Below, piece after piece: positions 52,773 to 62,120 of a stretch of 64,000 nt of DNA. The notes beneath the pieces are model-generated. The model was not told the origin of the DNA. It did no database searches and worked only from the letters and a program-made list of their open reading frames with translations. The translations under genes and the position numbers were made by a program. Numbering within the stretch: the stretch's first letter is position 1; each line of letters opens with the position of its first letter. Source of the stretch: Planctomycetota bacterium (lineage in GTDB: Bacteria > Planctomycetota > Phycisphaerae > Phycisphaerales > UBA1924); NCBI GenBank assembly GCA_039819165.1, contig JBCBSM010000002.1, positions 453,426 through 517,425 on the forward strand. Direction: 5' to 3'.

Positions 52773-54190
52773 TCCCCAAGCTGCACGCCAAGGGGACCTC
52801 GTTCGTGGGGCTAGGCCAGTACATCCTGCACGACAAGGACCGAGCCGCGACCTCCGAGCGCGTCGCCTGGACCGAGACCCGAAACATCGCCACGAGCGAC
52901 CCTCGCCTGGCCATCCGGGTCATGGCCGCGACAGCGATGAACGCCGACCGTTTGAAGCGCGACGCGGGCGTCAGGGCCACTGGACGCAAGAGCCGAAACG
53001 CCGTCCAGCACCTGACCCTCTCGTGGCGACCCGATGAGGCCGAGGCCCTCTCCCGGGAAGAGATGATGCGGGCCGCCAACGGCGCGATCCGAGCCCTCGG
53101 GGCCGAGGATCGCCAGGTCCTGGTCGTGTGCCACACGGACGAAGAGCAGCCGCACGTGCACCTGGCCATCAATCGCGTCTCTCCGGCCGACGGCCGGATG
53201 CTCTCGAGCTCCAAGGAGAAGCTGAACCTGAGCCGATGGGCCGAGACCTACGAGCGCGAACGCGGCGAGATCCTGTGCGAGAATCGCGTGATCAACAACG
53301 CCGCCCGCAAGCGCGGCGAGTACACCCGGGGCGAGCCCGATACGCCCCGGCACATATTCGAGCTCCAGATCGCCAACGACAACGCTCCGCACGCCGAGCG
53401 GATCAGGAGTATGCAGAAGAAGCTGGATCTGGACCTGGGTCGCAAGACCCGAGAGCTGCGTGCGCGACAATCGAACCAGGCCAGGGCACTGGCGGACCAA
53501 CTCCGTGCGGACCGTCGGGCCGTGCTGGATGCTCGCGGGGAGCGGTACCGGCGTGCATGCGATCGTGTGCGTGGTGCGTTCCGCGACGCCTGGACCAAGC
53601 GATTCTACGATCGGCGGGCCGCGCTGCGAGACTTCGAGCGACGCGAGACGCATCTGGCCGGTCGGCTCGGCAACGCCATCCGCACGATCGACTTCGGGGC
53701 CGTGGTCCGGGGCGAAGAACGTCGTGACGCCCTCAAGCGGGCGTACAACGTGCTCGGATCGGCCGGCGCCAGACTCGAAGCGTTCAACCACTCCCAGGAT
53801 GCCCTCGATCGCCGGCTGGAGCTTCGGCAGAAGGCCGCCGAACGCAAAGCCGTCGCGCAGGAGCGGTCGACGGTCCGGGATGAGCTCTCGAGGCTTGGGT
53901 CGATGTACTCGGCCAAGCGTGAGTCACTGGTCCTTCGCCACGATCTCGAGCGTGCCGGCAACCGCACCGAATGGAAGACCCGCGGCGAGCAGCGACAGGC
54001 CGCGTGGAAAAAAAACCGATTCCACGACAGGGACTCGGAGCACGGACGTCATCGCGAACCCAACGGCAAGCAGACGATCGAGCAGGATCGCGACATCGAT
54101 GACATGGTGAAAGCATTCAAGAAGATGCGCGAACGCCGGTGGCGAGATCAGGACCGCGGCCACGACCGTGGCGATGACCACGAGCGTTGA
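52769..54190 (+). CDS. relaxase/mobilisation nuclease (MobA/VirD2 family)
   Basis: N-terminus MIPKLHAKGTSFVGLGQYILHDK, then VQHLTLSW and the His triad VVCHTDEEQPHVHLAINRV. Long charged coiled-coil C-terminus. Confidence 0.85.
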   Translation: MIPKLHAKGTSFVGLGQYILHDKDRAATSERVAWTETRNIATSDPRLAIRVMAATAMNADRLKRDAGVRATGRKSRNAVQHLTLSWRPDEAEALSREEMMRAANGAIRALGAEDRQVLVVCHTDEEQPHVHLAINRVSPADGRMLSSSKEKLNLSRWAETYERERGEILCENRVINNAARKRGEYTRGEPDTPRHIFELQIANDNAPHAERIRSMQKKLDLDLGRKTRELRARQSNQARALADQLRADRRAVLDARGERYRRACDRVRGAFRDAWTKRFYDRRAALRDFERRETHLAGRLGNAIRTIDFGAVVRGEERRDALKRAYNVLGSAGARLEAFNHSQDALDRRLELRQKAAERKAVAQERSTVRDELSRLGSMYSAKRESLVLRHDLERAGNRTEWKTRGEQRQAAWKKNRFHDRDSEHGRHREPNGKQTIEQDRDIDDMVKAFKKMRERRWRDQDRGHDRGDDHER

Positions 54191-54211
54191 TCTTGGGGTG
54201 TCGTCGCCAGC

Positions 54212-54514
54212 TCAGATGCGCCCGCGGCAGTAGTCGGTGTAGTCCCGGCACGTCGCGTTGCATCGCTTGGTCCAGTACGCGATCGCCGTCGCGAAACGCA
54301 TCTCGAACGGAACATTGGGCGGTTCCCAGCCGTCCACGTCCGCGAGCTCGACGAGCTCCTCGGCCGTGAAGTACCCGCGATCGACGAGATAGTCCAGGGC
54401 TCGCCAGACGAGCACCGTGTAGGCGAGCTCGCGCGTCCCGCCGCCGGGCAGCGGGATCCGCCGGGTCTGGAGTTCCAAGAGCGCTTCGGCTCTGTTTTCG
54501 GTGAAGGGTGTCAT
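54212..54514 (-). CDS. hypothetical small protein (possibly RHH-like)
   Basis: 100 aa. RRIPLPGGGTRELAYTVLVWRALDYLVDRGYFTAEELVELAD weakly resembles ribbon-helix-helix (RHH_4-type) proteins. Cys-rich tail. Confidence 0.35.
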   Translation of the reverse strand: MTPFTENRAEALLELQTRRIPLPGGGTRELAYTVLVWRALDYLVDRGYFTAEELVELADVDGWEPPNVPFEMRFATAIAYWTKRCNATCRDYTDYCRGRI

Positions 54515-54609
54515 GTTCTATCATCTCACAAACGGCAACACCATGTCAAATTTCTCATGGACACCAAGCATCGACACGTTCGCCAATCCCGGGTGCGACG
54601 GAGGACACC

Positions 54610-55527
54610 GTGACGATCTCTTTGGAACTTGGCTACTACCCGAAGCGCCTCGACTTCACGGTCGGTGACGTGACCGTTTCAACATTGGATGACCTCGATG
54701 AATCCGCGATGGGCGTCAACGAGTGCTGCCTAATCGAGAAGGACTGGATCTACGCCCCGCGGCAACGGGTCAGAGACTTCATGAGCGGCGAGCTCACGAC
54801 GCTCCCGTACAGCGCCCGGATCTTCGGGCTCCCGAAGACACACCGGATCGATCACGCGAACGCGGGCGACATCGAGCACGTCCGGTTTCTTGTGTGGGTG
54901 CTCGGCTTTATCAAGGGCATGCGTCTAACCGACGCCGAAGCCGGCTTCCTCGACGCGACGCCGATCAAACCCGGGACGCTGCACGACATGGTCTGGGATC
55001 GAAAGAGCGAGGAGAAGGCCCTCGGGATCGCCGATGCCTTCGGGCGGCGTCATGCGGGCAATCCGAAGATCAGCAAGATGATCGTCGGCGTCATCCACAG
55101 CCTGTTCCTGAGCCAAACGCCCTCGCTCCTGTGTTTCGAGAAATTCGTCTATCTCTACACGGCGCTCGACGGATGTCACCACGCCCACAGCATCACCACG
55201 AACCAGAATCCTCGTGCCGGCGGACATGCCGCACGGATCGCCAAACTCTGCTCAGCGTTCGGATGCCCTGTGCCCGCATGGGCAGACCCTCAGAACAAGC
55301 AGGTTGCAGATCTCAGGAATGACACACTCCACGAGGGCTTGTTCTTCGATGAACCGTTGGGGTTTCGCGTCTTTAGCGGGACGAGCCCAACCGGTTCACA
55401 CCAGAACATCCTGCTGGAAATGCGGTGTCTCGTATGCCGGTTCCTGTGCGCAATGCTCGGGTTCAACGATCAGCAGTACGTCACGTCGCCGGTCAATACC
55501 CGGCAGATGATCGAGATCCAGCTTTGA
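54610..55527 (+). CDS. hypothetical protein with HEPN-like Rx4H motif
   Basis: RBS GGAGGA precedes the GTG at 54610 (ORF opens at 54508). Lower GC. 'QVADLRNDTLHEGLFF' fits the R-N-x-x-x-H HEPN/Abi-type motif. Confidence 0.4.
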   Translation: MTISLELGYYPKRLDFTVGDVTVSTLDDLDESAMGVNECCLIEKDWIYAPRQRVRDFMSGELTTLPYSARIFGLPKTHRIDHANAGDIEHVRFLVWVLGFIKGMRLTDAEAGFLDATPIKPGTLHDMVWDRKSEEKALGIADAFGRRHAGNPKISKMIVGVIHSLFLSQTPSLLCFEKFVYLYTALDGCHHAHSITTNQNPRAGGHAARIAKLCSAFGCPVPAWADPQNKQVADLRNDTLHEGLFFDEPLGFRVFSGTSPTGSHQNILLEMRCLVCRFLCAMLGFNDQQYVTSPVNTRQMIEIQL

Positions 55528-55572
55528 ATGATGACGCTGCCCGCCGGATTCCGGCCGGTACGCGAGGGCCAA

Positions 55573-55944
55573 CTACCGATCCAGATCGGGCTCGTCCCGC
55601 TCCCGGGCCTTGCGGTTGAACATCTCGCGGAAGACCCCTTTCCTTGCTTCTCTGTTGAACTCGCGTTTCACGAGCGGCATCGTCGGCTTCCGAGGCTCCG
55701 GCTCGTCGCCGCGGAGCTGGGGTGAGACCTGCGGGCCGCGTTCGGCTGTCGATCCGGGCGCGCGGTCGCCGAGGCCCGGGCCCATCGGCTCCGGGGGGCG
55801 AAGCTCGAGCGTCGGCATCGGTTCTTCGAGCTCCTGCTCCGGTGTCGGGTCCGCGGCGTCGTTGAAGTCCTTGGTCGCCTCCACGTCGGCCTTGATCGGG
55901 TTGTCGTTCTCGTGGTCCACGGGGAGCCTCCTTTGGCGGATCAT
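55573..55944 (-). CDS. hypothetical acidic/charged protein
   Basis: The ATG at 55944 overlaps the upstream gene's stop (ATGA). 123 aa (MIRQRRLPVDHENDNPIKADVEATKDF...). It is the last gene of the T4CP operon. Confidence 0.4.
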   Translation of the reverse strand: MIRQRRLPVDHENDNPIKADVEATKDFNDAADPTPEQELEEPMPTLELRPPEPMGPGLGDRAPGSTAERGPQVSPQLRGDEPEPRKPTMPLVKREFNREARKGVFREMFNRKARERDEPDLDR

Positions 55945-56678
55945 CCGTCCAGGTGTGGGAGCGTCGGGGTAGTCCGGAGCATGGCCTCGTTGCACCGCGC
56001 CACGATGGCCTCGGCGCGGTCGATGCGCCGAGCGAATAGCACCCTGCGGCGCCGGTAGCCGTGCGAGATCTCGACGACCGCAGGCGGCATCTCCGCGAGC
56101 GGGTGGAACAGCCGATGGCCTTGGACCTCGGCGCGACGGAACCGGGAGTAGTACTCGTCCGCGGTGGCCACCCGGAACCTCACGGGCACGGGACCATTGT
56201 CGTCGCGCGGGATCGAAGCACGAAGCAGCCCGCGCCCGACCCTGATCCGATCCTGGGCGATCGTGATCCGGAACCGACGCACAACGATCGGACGGAGGAG
56301 GATCGTGGCGAGCAGCGCGGCGAGACGAGCAATGGGCACGCATCCGATCCACAGCGCCAGCGAGAGTGCCCCCAGGTGCCAGTCGATCGGCGAGGTGGGG
56401 TCGTAGCGGATCGCTCGGTCGAATTCCGCGAACTCGTTGGCCAGCAAGTCGCCAAGCCACAGGCGCACCGAGACCGCACGACCGGCGATCCCGTACACGA
56501 ACGTGCCGTCAGCGACCCGGGAGATCTTCGGAGCCCACCAGCCGACCGTCGCCACACCCATTGCGGCCAGACCCAGGGCGACAACCGCGATCAGGCTGAT
56601 ACGCTGGATCGCCGCCCAGGCCCCGACGGTCAGGCAGCGGCCCTCGACCCGATATCCGCGGCCCCTGCGCATCGGCCG
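55941..56678 (-). CDS. hypothetical membrane protein downstream of the T4CP gene
   Basis: ORF 55941..56744; start is at 56678 or 56726. TM helices AWAAIQRISLIAVVALGLAAMGVATVGWW and LSLALWIGCVPIARLAALLATILL. Confidence 0.45.
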   Translation of the reverse strand, partial: RPMRRGRGYRVEGRCLTVGAWAAIQRISLIAVVALGLAAMGVATVGWWAPKISRVADGTFVYGIAGRAVSVRLWLGDLLANEFAEFDRAIRYDPTSPIDWHLGALSLALWIGCVPIARLAALLATILLRPIVVRRFRITIAQDRIRVGRGLLRASIPRDDNGPVPVRFRVATADEYYSRFRRAEVQGHRLFHPLAEMPPAVVEISHGYRRRRVLFARRIDRAEAIVARCNEAMLRTTPTLPHLDG

Positions 56679-56712
56679 CATCGCGGGCCAGTTATGGAAG
56701 TTGCGTCGTTGT

Positions 56713-58335
56713 CTATGCCCTCGCATGCAGCCTCCTAAACACATCGTGCTGGTCGTAGAACGCCCGCTGCAGGATCACCGGGCCGATCCGTGGCAGGAAG
56801 ACGAGCTGGCGGAGCAGCGGATCGTCGCGATCGAAGATCTCCGCGATCTCCGCGGCGCTCAGCAAGGGGTGCGGCTGCATCGTGAACGACTGGCCGAGCT
56901 CGCCGTGGTTCACCGCAGCGTCGAGCGTCGGGGACCGGTGCGCCGGGCTGTAGACGAGCGTCTGGCCCAGCCGCTTCTCGATGTAGTCCAGGGTGAACTG
57001 GTCGTTGTTGCCGAAGAAGGTGAGCACCGAGGCGTTCCCGAGGAACGACTCCCACCGCTTCCCGTATATCGTTGCGGGCTGGTTCAGGTCCTGCCAGATG
57101 GGCCAGAGCTTCACGCCGAGACCAGCGACCTGTCCAACTGCGACCTCCAAGCGCTCGAGCCGCCCCAAAACTGCTGCTTCGTCAAGAACCATCAACAGGC
57201 GATCCCCGCCCTTCTGGTGCTGGAAGTCGCGGCGGTGCGTGTTGGACTCGAAGGCGTTCAGGGTGAGATTTACGAAGAGCCGCAGCCACCCGGCGCAGCT
57301 CCCCATCATCATCGCCGGCAGCGACAGATACAGCGTCGCCCGCTCGCGTTGCAGCAGGCCCAGGTCGAACGGCCCGTCCTCGAGGACCCTCTGCATCCGC
57401 GGGTAGCCGAGGAAGTGCAGGTGACGCCGGCCCGTCGAGATCACGCCGGAGCGTTCCTTGTCGCTCTTGGAGTAGAACGCCATCGCCCCGGCCGCCACGG
57501 CCCCGTGGGCGGTGGTCGCCGAGCCCATCCAGTCGGCGAACTCATCGCTCTCGACATCGATCATCATCACGCGATGGACGGTGGCCAGGTTCCGCCGGCC
57601 CGCGTAGTCGGGCGCCGTGCAGACGTGCAGGATCACCGCTTCGAGGAACTGCTTGAAGGCCTCGGACCAGTGGACGTCGCGCTCCTCGGTCGTAACGACC
57701 AGGGCGTCGGCAATCAGCGAGGCGGCGATGATCATCGCGTCCACGTCGGCGGGATCGATCCACTGGAGCGGGTTGAAGGAGCTGGCGTACTCTCCTACAG
57801 CGCCGCCGGCGGCATCGAAGGGATCGAGCAGGAACACTTTCTGCGACCTGGCCCTGTGGTGGGCCGTCTCCACCGCGAGATCACCCTTGGGGTCGATCGC
57901 AATCACGCTGCCGGCGTAAGTGATCAGGTTGTTGATGATGTGCGAGCGGCCCTTGCCGGCCCGGTTGCCGGCGACGGTGCAGAGGTGTCGGTCGTCCCCG
58001 TAGCCGATGAGTTCGCCGCCCATCGTGGCTCGAGTGACCCGACCGCCTTTTGCACGGTTCTCCCGCACATTGGCGTTCACGACGCCGAGGAAGATCTTGC
58101 CCGAGGGGTTCGACGGATCGAAAAGAAGCTGCGGGTTCGCGGCCAGTTCCTCCGGGGTCGGCCAGCGGCGCAGCGCCGCCGTAGGCACGTCGCCGACACC
58201 GCGACGGAGGCCCCGGAAGAGCGGGTGCACTGAGACTCCAGTAGTTCGGGATTTTTTTGATCTGCGACGAATGAGTAACTCCTGATCGGGTTGCGTGAGC
58301 GACCGGCAGCGACGAACCGGCTCGCGCCGAGGCAC
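56713..58335 (-). CDS. type IV secretion coupling protein (TraG/VirD4 family)
   Basis: Walker A TVAGNRAGKGRSHIINNL, Walker B RLLMVLDEAAVLGRLE, plus FLLDPFD and TFFGNNDQFTLDYIEKRLG. I noticed no N-terminal TM helices in this ORF. Confidence 0.8.
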   Translation of the reverse strand: MPRREPVRRCRSLTQPDQELLIRRRSKKSRTTGVSVHPLFRGLRRGVGDVPTAALRRWPTPEELAANPQLLFDPSNPSGKIFLGVVNANVRENRAKGGRVTRATMGGELIGYGDDRHLCTVAGNRAGKGRSHIINNLITYAGSVIAIDPKGDLAVETAHHRARSQKVFLLDPFDAAGGAVGEYASSFNPLQWIDPADVDAMIIAASLIADALVVTTEERDVHWSEAFKQFLEAVILHVCTAPDYAGRRNLATVHRVMMIDVESDEFADWMGSATTAHGAVAAGAMAFYSKSDKERSGVISTGRRHLHFLGYPRMQRVLEDGPFDLGLLQRERATLYLSLPAMMMGSCAGWLRLFVNLTLNAFESNTHRRDFQHQKGGDRLLMVLDEAAVLGRLERLEVAVGQVAGLGVKLWPIWQDLNQPATIYGKRWESFLGNASVLTFFGNNDQFTLDYIEKRLGQTLVYSPAHRSPTLDAAVNHGELGQSFTMQPHPLLSAAEIAEIFDRDDPLLRQLVFLPRIGPVILQRAFYDQHDVFRRLHARA

Positions 58336-58423
58336 TACCTTCTCTTACGATTCAGGTCCCGAACCGCTTGATGTAGAACGCCGCTTCGCAGACGCATCGA
58401 TCTCGACGCTCGCAGCACGCGTA

Positions 58424-58990
58424 TTAGCCTGCGGCGCACTCGGGTGCCCACAGTTTCGCCACCGTGAGTGCGTGGGCGTAGCCGCACCGCACGGCGGCGC
58501 GCCCGATATTCACGCGATTACCGACCTTCCAACCGGGAATCGCGATCACCCTCGCACCCTGGTCATCGATATCCTGCTCGGCGAGGCCGATGAGCCGGCT
58601 GCCGATGCCCTGGCGTTGCCACCGGGAGCGCACGCAGATCGTCTCCATCACACCGACATCGCCGGCACGGTCGGTGCTCACGATGGACACCGGCATCCGG
58701 GACGGCGGTATGCGGGGCTCGCGCGAGGCCTGGCCGGCATCGATCAAGAAGCCCCCCAGGAACGCGATTACCATCCCCTCGACGTCCATGGCGATCCAGA
58801 CGACCGGATCTTGTCGTCGGGCCATCGATGCGAACACCTCTCGCTCGTAGCCGGGCGTGCGGAAGCACTCGTCCAGCACGATCTCGATCGATGGCGCAAA
58901 TCGGTGCAGCATGGCTCCGGAGACCCGCTGCACCTGGAGGCCACGCGTCTTGAACCGGCCGCCCGGTCGTTCCGCCGAAATCGTTAGCAT
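58424..58990 (-). CDS. GNAT-family N-acetyltransferase
   Basis: Acetyl-CoA motif A ICVRSRWQRQGIGSRLIGLAEQ, 188 aa. Confidence 0.8.
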   Translation of the reverse strand: MLTISAERPGGRFKTRGLQVQRVSGAMLHRFAPSIEIVLDECFRTPGYEREVFASMARRQDPVVWIAMDVEGMVIAFLGGFLIDAGQASREPRIPPSRMPVSIVSTDRAGDVGVMETICVRSRWQRQGIGSRLIGLAEQDIDDQGARVIAIPGWKVGNRVNIGRAAVRCGYAHALTVAKLWAPECAAG

Positions 58991-59125
58991 CCGTAACTCC
59001 TTTCAGCTCCGGTGGCACCGCGTCGATGGCACGCGCACGTCGCCGCTGCTTCGTCTGGTCCACGCCTCTCCGGCGCGGCGAAAGGGCAACCAATCGGATC
59101 TCTCCGATCGATCACCGGCGGGGTG

Positions 59126-60517
59126 CTACCTGCGCTCGCCGCCTCGGGTCACGTCGGCGGCCTGCCGGACGATCGAATCCGCCAGCTCACGCACCGATCC
59201 GAACGGCGCGACGCGATCGGGACCCGCCAGACGGGCGAAGCCCGGATCCTGTCCATTCCCGACGTCAATCCCCAGGACCGAGCGACCCTCGGCCGCTTCG
59301 GACCACGCGTGCAGGTCGGCGAGCAACTGTGCGAAGCGCCCCCGATCCCGGTCGGCTTCGGCGGTCGTGTCACCCACGAGCACAATGCTGGCGAAGGTCG
59401 ATCGGCGAAGATCCGAGTCCACGAGCTGCATGCCGACGCGCAGCGCGGCATCTGGGTCCACCGTCGACCGCATGGGCTCGACCCCACCCAGGAACGCGCC
59501 GAGCCGTCGGCTGCTCCGGCCGCCATCGCTGTCCTCGGTCCGGATGTCGGTCCAGCCCAGGACGGGCAGTGGCTGCTCTCGGAAGGGCACGACGGCGACG
59601 CGGATCCGCGCCCCGGCCTCGTAGAGACGCTCGGCCAGCACGGGGATCTCCGATCGGATCTGATCGAATACCTGCTGCATCGACGCGCTCGCGTCGACCA
59701 CGAAGACGATCGACCAGGTGTTGGCCAACCCAGACGCATCTTCGACCCGGAGGATCTGCCGGCGAAGATCGTCAGAATCGAAGATCACGTGCTCGATGGG
59801 CTCGGTCGAGCCGCTCTTGAAGCTGACCAGCACGTCGTTGGCGTGCGCACTCCAGGACGTGAGCACAACACCGCGCTGCTGGCAGTACAGGGTCCAGAAC
59901 TCCCGAATCCGCAGCCGATGGCCATCGTCCACGATCGGCGTGAGATTCAGCCAGTCCAACCGCGTATTGCGAAGACGACGGGCATCCGCCGTGCCGTACA
60001 CCGAGTGGCTCCGTGCAGCGGCGACGTGCCCGGCGCTCGGGTACTCGCCCGCCACGAAGTCGTAGCGAGCGTCCGTGCCGTCGCCGAACAAGGCCGATCC
60101 AATCAGCAGGATCCGCGTCTCGCTGAACCTGCGATCGGACGACACCGTGGCCTGGTACACGCTATCGAGGAGATTCGGCAGGTGCACCGAATATGGCAGC
60201 AGCGTTGATCGAGCGGAGTCGTAGTAACGACGAATCGCCGCGAGTTGCTTGACGACGTGCTTGGCCTTGCCGCGTGCGGATGCAGATGCCGGCATGGCGA
60301 ACGACGCGACCGGTGCCTGCGTGAGCGCGTCGATGACGCGTACCTCGTCGCCGTGCTCCACATGCATCCCCACCTCGGCCACTGACTGGAGGATGAGGAT
60401 CAGGTCCTCATCGTCAGCTTGCGGCGGGCCGGCGACGACGTGCAGAGTCTGGCCCGCCGCAGCGTGAACCAGCGCAAGGGTTACGACGAACGCGATGGAT
60501 GCGATTCGCTTGTTCAT
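59126..60517 (-). CDS. secreted von Willebrand factor A (vWA) domain protein
   Basis: Signal peptide MNKRIASIAFVVTLALVHAAAGQ. MIDAS-type IVFVVDASASM, then VLVGDTT in the C-terminal half. The approximately 270-aa N-terminal domain is unknown. Confidence 0.7.
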   Translation of the reverse strand: MNKRIASIAFVVTLALVHAAAGQTLHVVAGPPQADDEDLILILQSVAEVGMHVEHGDEVRVIDALTQAPVASFAMPASASARGKAKHVVKQLAAIRRYYDSARSTLLPYSVHLPNLLDSVYQATVSSDRRFSETRILLIGSALFGDGTDARYDFVAGEYPSAGHVAAARSHSVYGTADARRLRNTRLDWLNLTPIVDDGHRLRIREFWTLYCQQRGVVLTSWSAHANDVLVSFKSGSTEPIEHVIFDSDDLRRQILRVEDASGLANTWSIVFVVDASASMQQVFDQIRSEIPVLAERLYEAGARIRVAVVPFREQPLPVLGWTDIRTEDSDGGRSSRRLGAFLGGVEPMRSTVDPDAALRVGMQLVDSDLRRSTFASIVLVGDTTAEADRDRGRFAQLLADLHAWSEAAEGRSVLGIDVGNGQDPGFARLAGPDRVAPFGSVRELADSIVRQAADVTRGGERR

Positions 60518-60521
60518 GAGA

Positions 60522-61607
60522 TCATCCTCCGAAGGTGGAACCGTTGATGAACGACGACATCAAGATGGGTTGGGGTGCAGGCGTCTGAGCCGATGGTGAC
60601 CGCTGGTGGTGGAAGACGGCCGCGAGGACCGCGTCGGCGTAGACCTGGGCCCCGCGTTCCAGCTCGCCCTGGAGGCCCTCCAGCGCGGCCTTGGCCTCGG
60701 CGACACCGGCCCGCTCATCCGAGATCGCACGGAGCTCCTCGGCCTGGCTGTCGAAGTACCCCGATCGTGAAGATCCGACCCGGCGGGTTTCAATAAGTAC
60801 CTTGTCGCCGATCAGCTTGAAGCTCGCCGCCGCAAGCACGTCGAGCAAGAGCATGACGATCGAGTACAGCAGCGGGAAGTCGAGGCCCAGGATCGGCTCC
60901 GCGGCTGGAACACCGCTCAGAGCTGCGATCACCCCCGCGGCGATCACGTCCGCCGGATCCTCCATCGCCTGCTTACCAACGAGGACGGCGGTCAACGGGA
61001 TCCACAGCGCGAGCGCAACCAACGCGCTCGCGTGGACCAGCTTCCGCATCGCATCACGCGTGGCGACCAAACGGCACTCCGCCACCGCGAATGCCAGAAG
61101 CAGTGCGCCGATGAACGGGATCATCCCGATCGCGGCACCCTGCCACGGAGACGAAGCCAGGCCCGAGTCCCGCAGCATGATCTGCGTGACCGCCACGCTC
61201 ACGACGCCGAGAGCTAGGAGCGCGAGGCCCGCCAGGATCAGCTTGAGCCACTGGTCAAGGAACAGCTGCTCTCGGCCGAGGTTCTCGCAGTTGTCCGAGG
61301 GGCCTTCCGCTACCAGCTCGGCCCGCCGATCGTGCTCCAGGTCCAACTGGCGACCTACCCGATCGAGCTCGCCGAAACAGGACAGAACCCGCCGACGCAG
61401 ACGGAACACCGCCTGTTCGTACCTCCTGCGAGCCCGCCGCTCCACGCCATCGGACGGGTTCTGGTCCCGCAGCGCCAACGCCCTCTCGGCATCCGGATCG
61501 CACAGTGGGACATCCGGCGGAGCGGTCGATGCGATCGCCATCGCCTTCTGCACGACCGGATCGGAGATCCGGACGCGCTGCTGCATGTTCGGGTTGTTCG
61601 CCAACAT
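60522..61607 (-). CDS. hypothetical polytopic membrane protein with coiled-coil ends
   Basis: RBS AGGAGA precedes the ATG at 61607. 4-5 TM helices (ILAGLALLALGVVSVAV, IGMIPFIGALLLAFAVA, ALVALALWIPLTAVLV, LLYSIVMLLLDVLAAA). Its stop is 4 nt before the vWA gene start. Confidence 0.5.
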   Translation of the reverse strand: MLANNPNMQQRVRISDPVVQKAMAIASTAPPDVPLCDPDAERALALRDQNPSDGVERRARRRYEQAVFRLRRRVLSCFGELDRVGRQLDLEHDRRAELVAEGPSDNCENLGREQLFLDQWLKLILAGLALLALGVVSVAVTQIMLRDSGLASSPWQGAAIGMIPFIGALLLAFAVAECRLVATRDAMRKLVHASALVALALWIPLTAVLVGKQAMEDPADVIAAGVIAALSGVPAAEPILGLDFPLLYSIVMLLLDVLAAASFKLIGDKVLIETRRVGSSRSGYFDSQAEELRAISDERAGVAEAKAALEGLQGELERGAQVYADAVLAAVFHHQRSPSAQTPAPQPILMSSFINGSTFGG

Positions 61608-62120
61608 CGTCGTCTCCTGGTCAAGGTGGCCCCCCGGGGAGCCACGATGTCTGTTCTGCGGCACATGGCCGCACGAAAACCGCCGTGGCTGGCATCCAGC
61701 CACATCGCTTTCGCTACCAGACTGACCAGGGGGCACGCGTGCTCAAACCTTGAAAGCGTGCCTAAACTCACGACATTGCTAGGGACCGTGAGCCGGCCAA
61801 TCCGGCAAGCGGAAACTGCGCTGCCTGTCGGAAACGGCGGGCAGCGTTTTTGCTTGGCCCACCGCGTGCGACGAGATTCGTCCTCCTGCTCGGATGCCGG
61901 CGAAGCCGTCGACCCGGTCGTTCATCATCCTACTTCATAGAGAATACCGGATTGCGGTGCAGGCCGTATCGTCGCAATCACGTACCTTGAAATACCGCCG
62001 ACACGCCCGGCGCACGCGTTCGAGACCCCCCTATTCTCGCGACGAACCAATTGGCATCACTCGAAATGTCGTGCTCGCGTTCGTGATGGACGCACGTCCC
62101 GCGATCGACTACGACGACGC

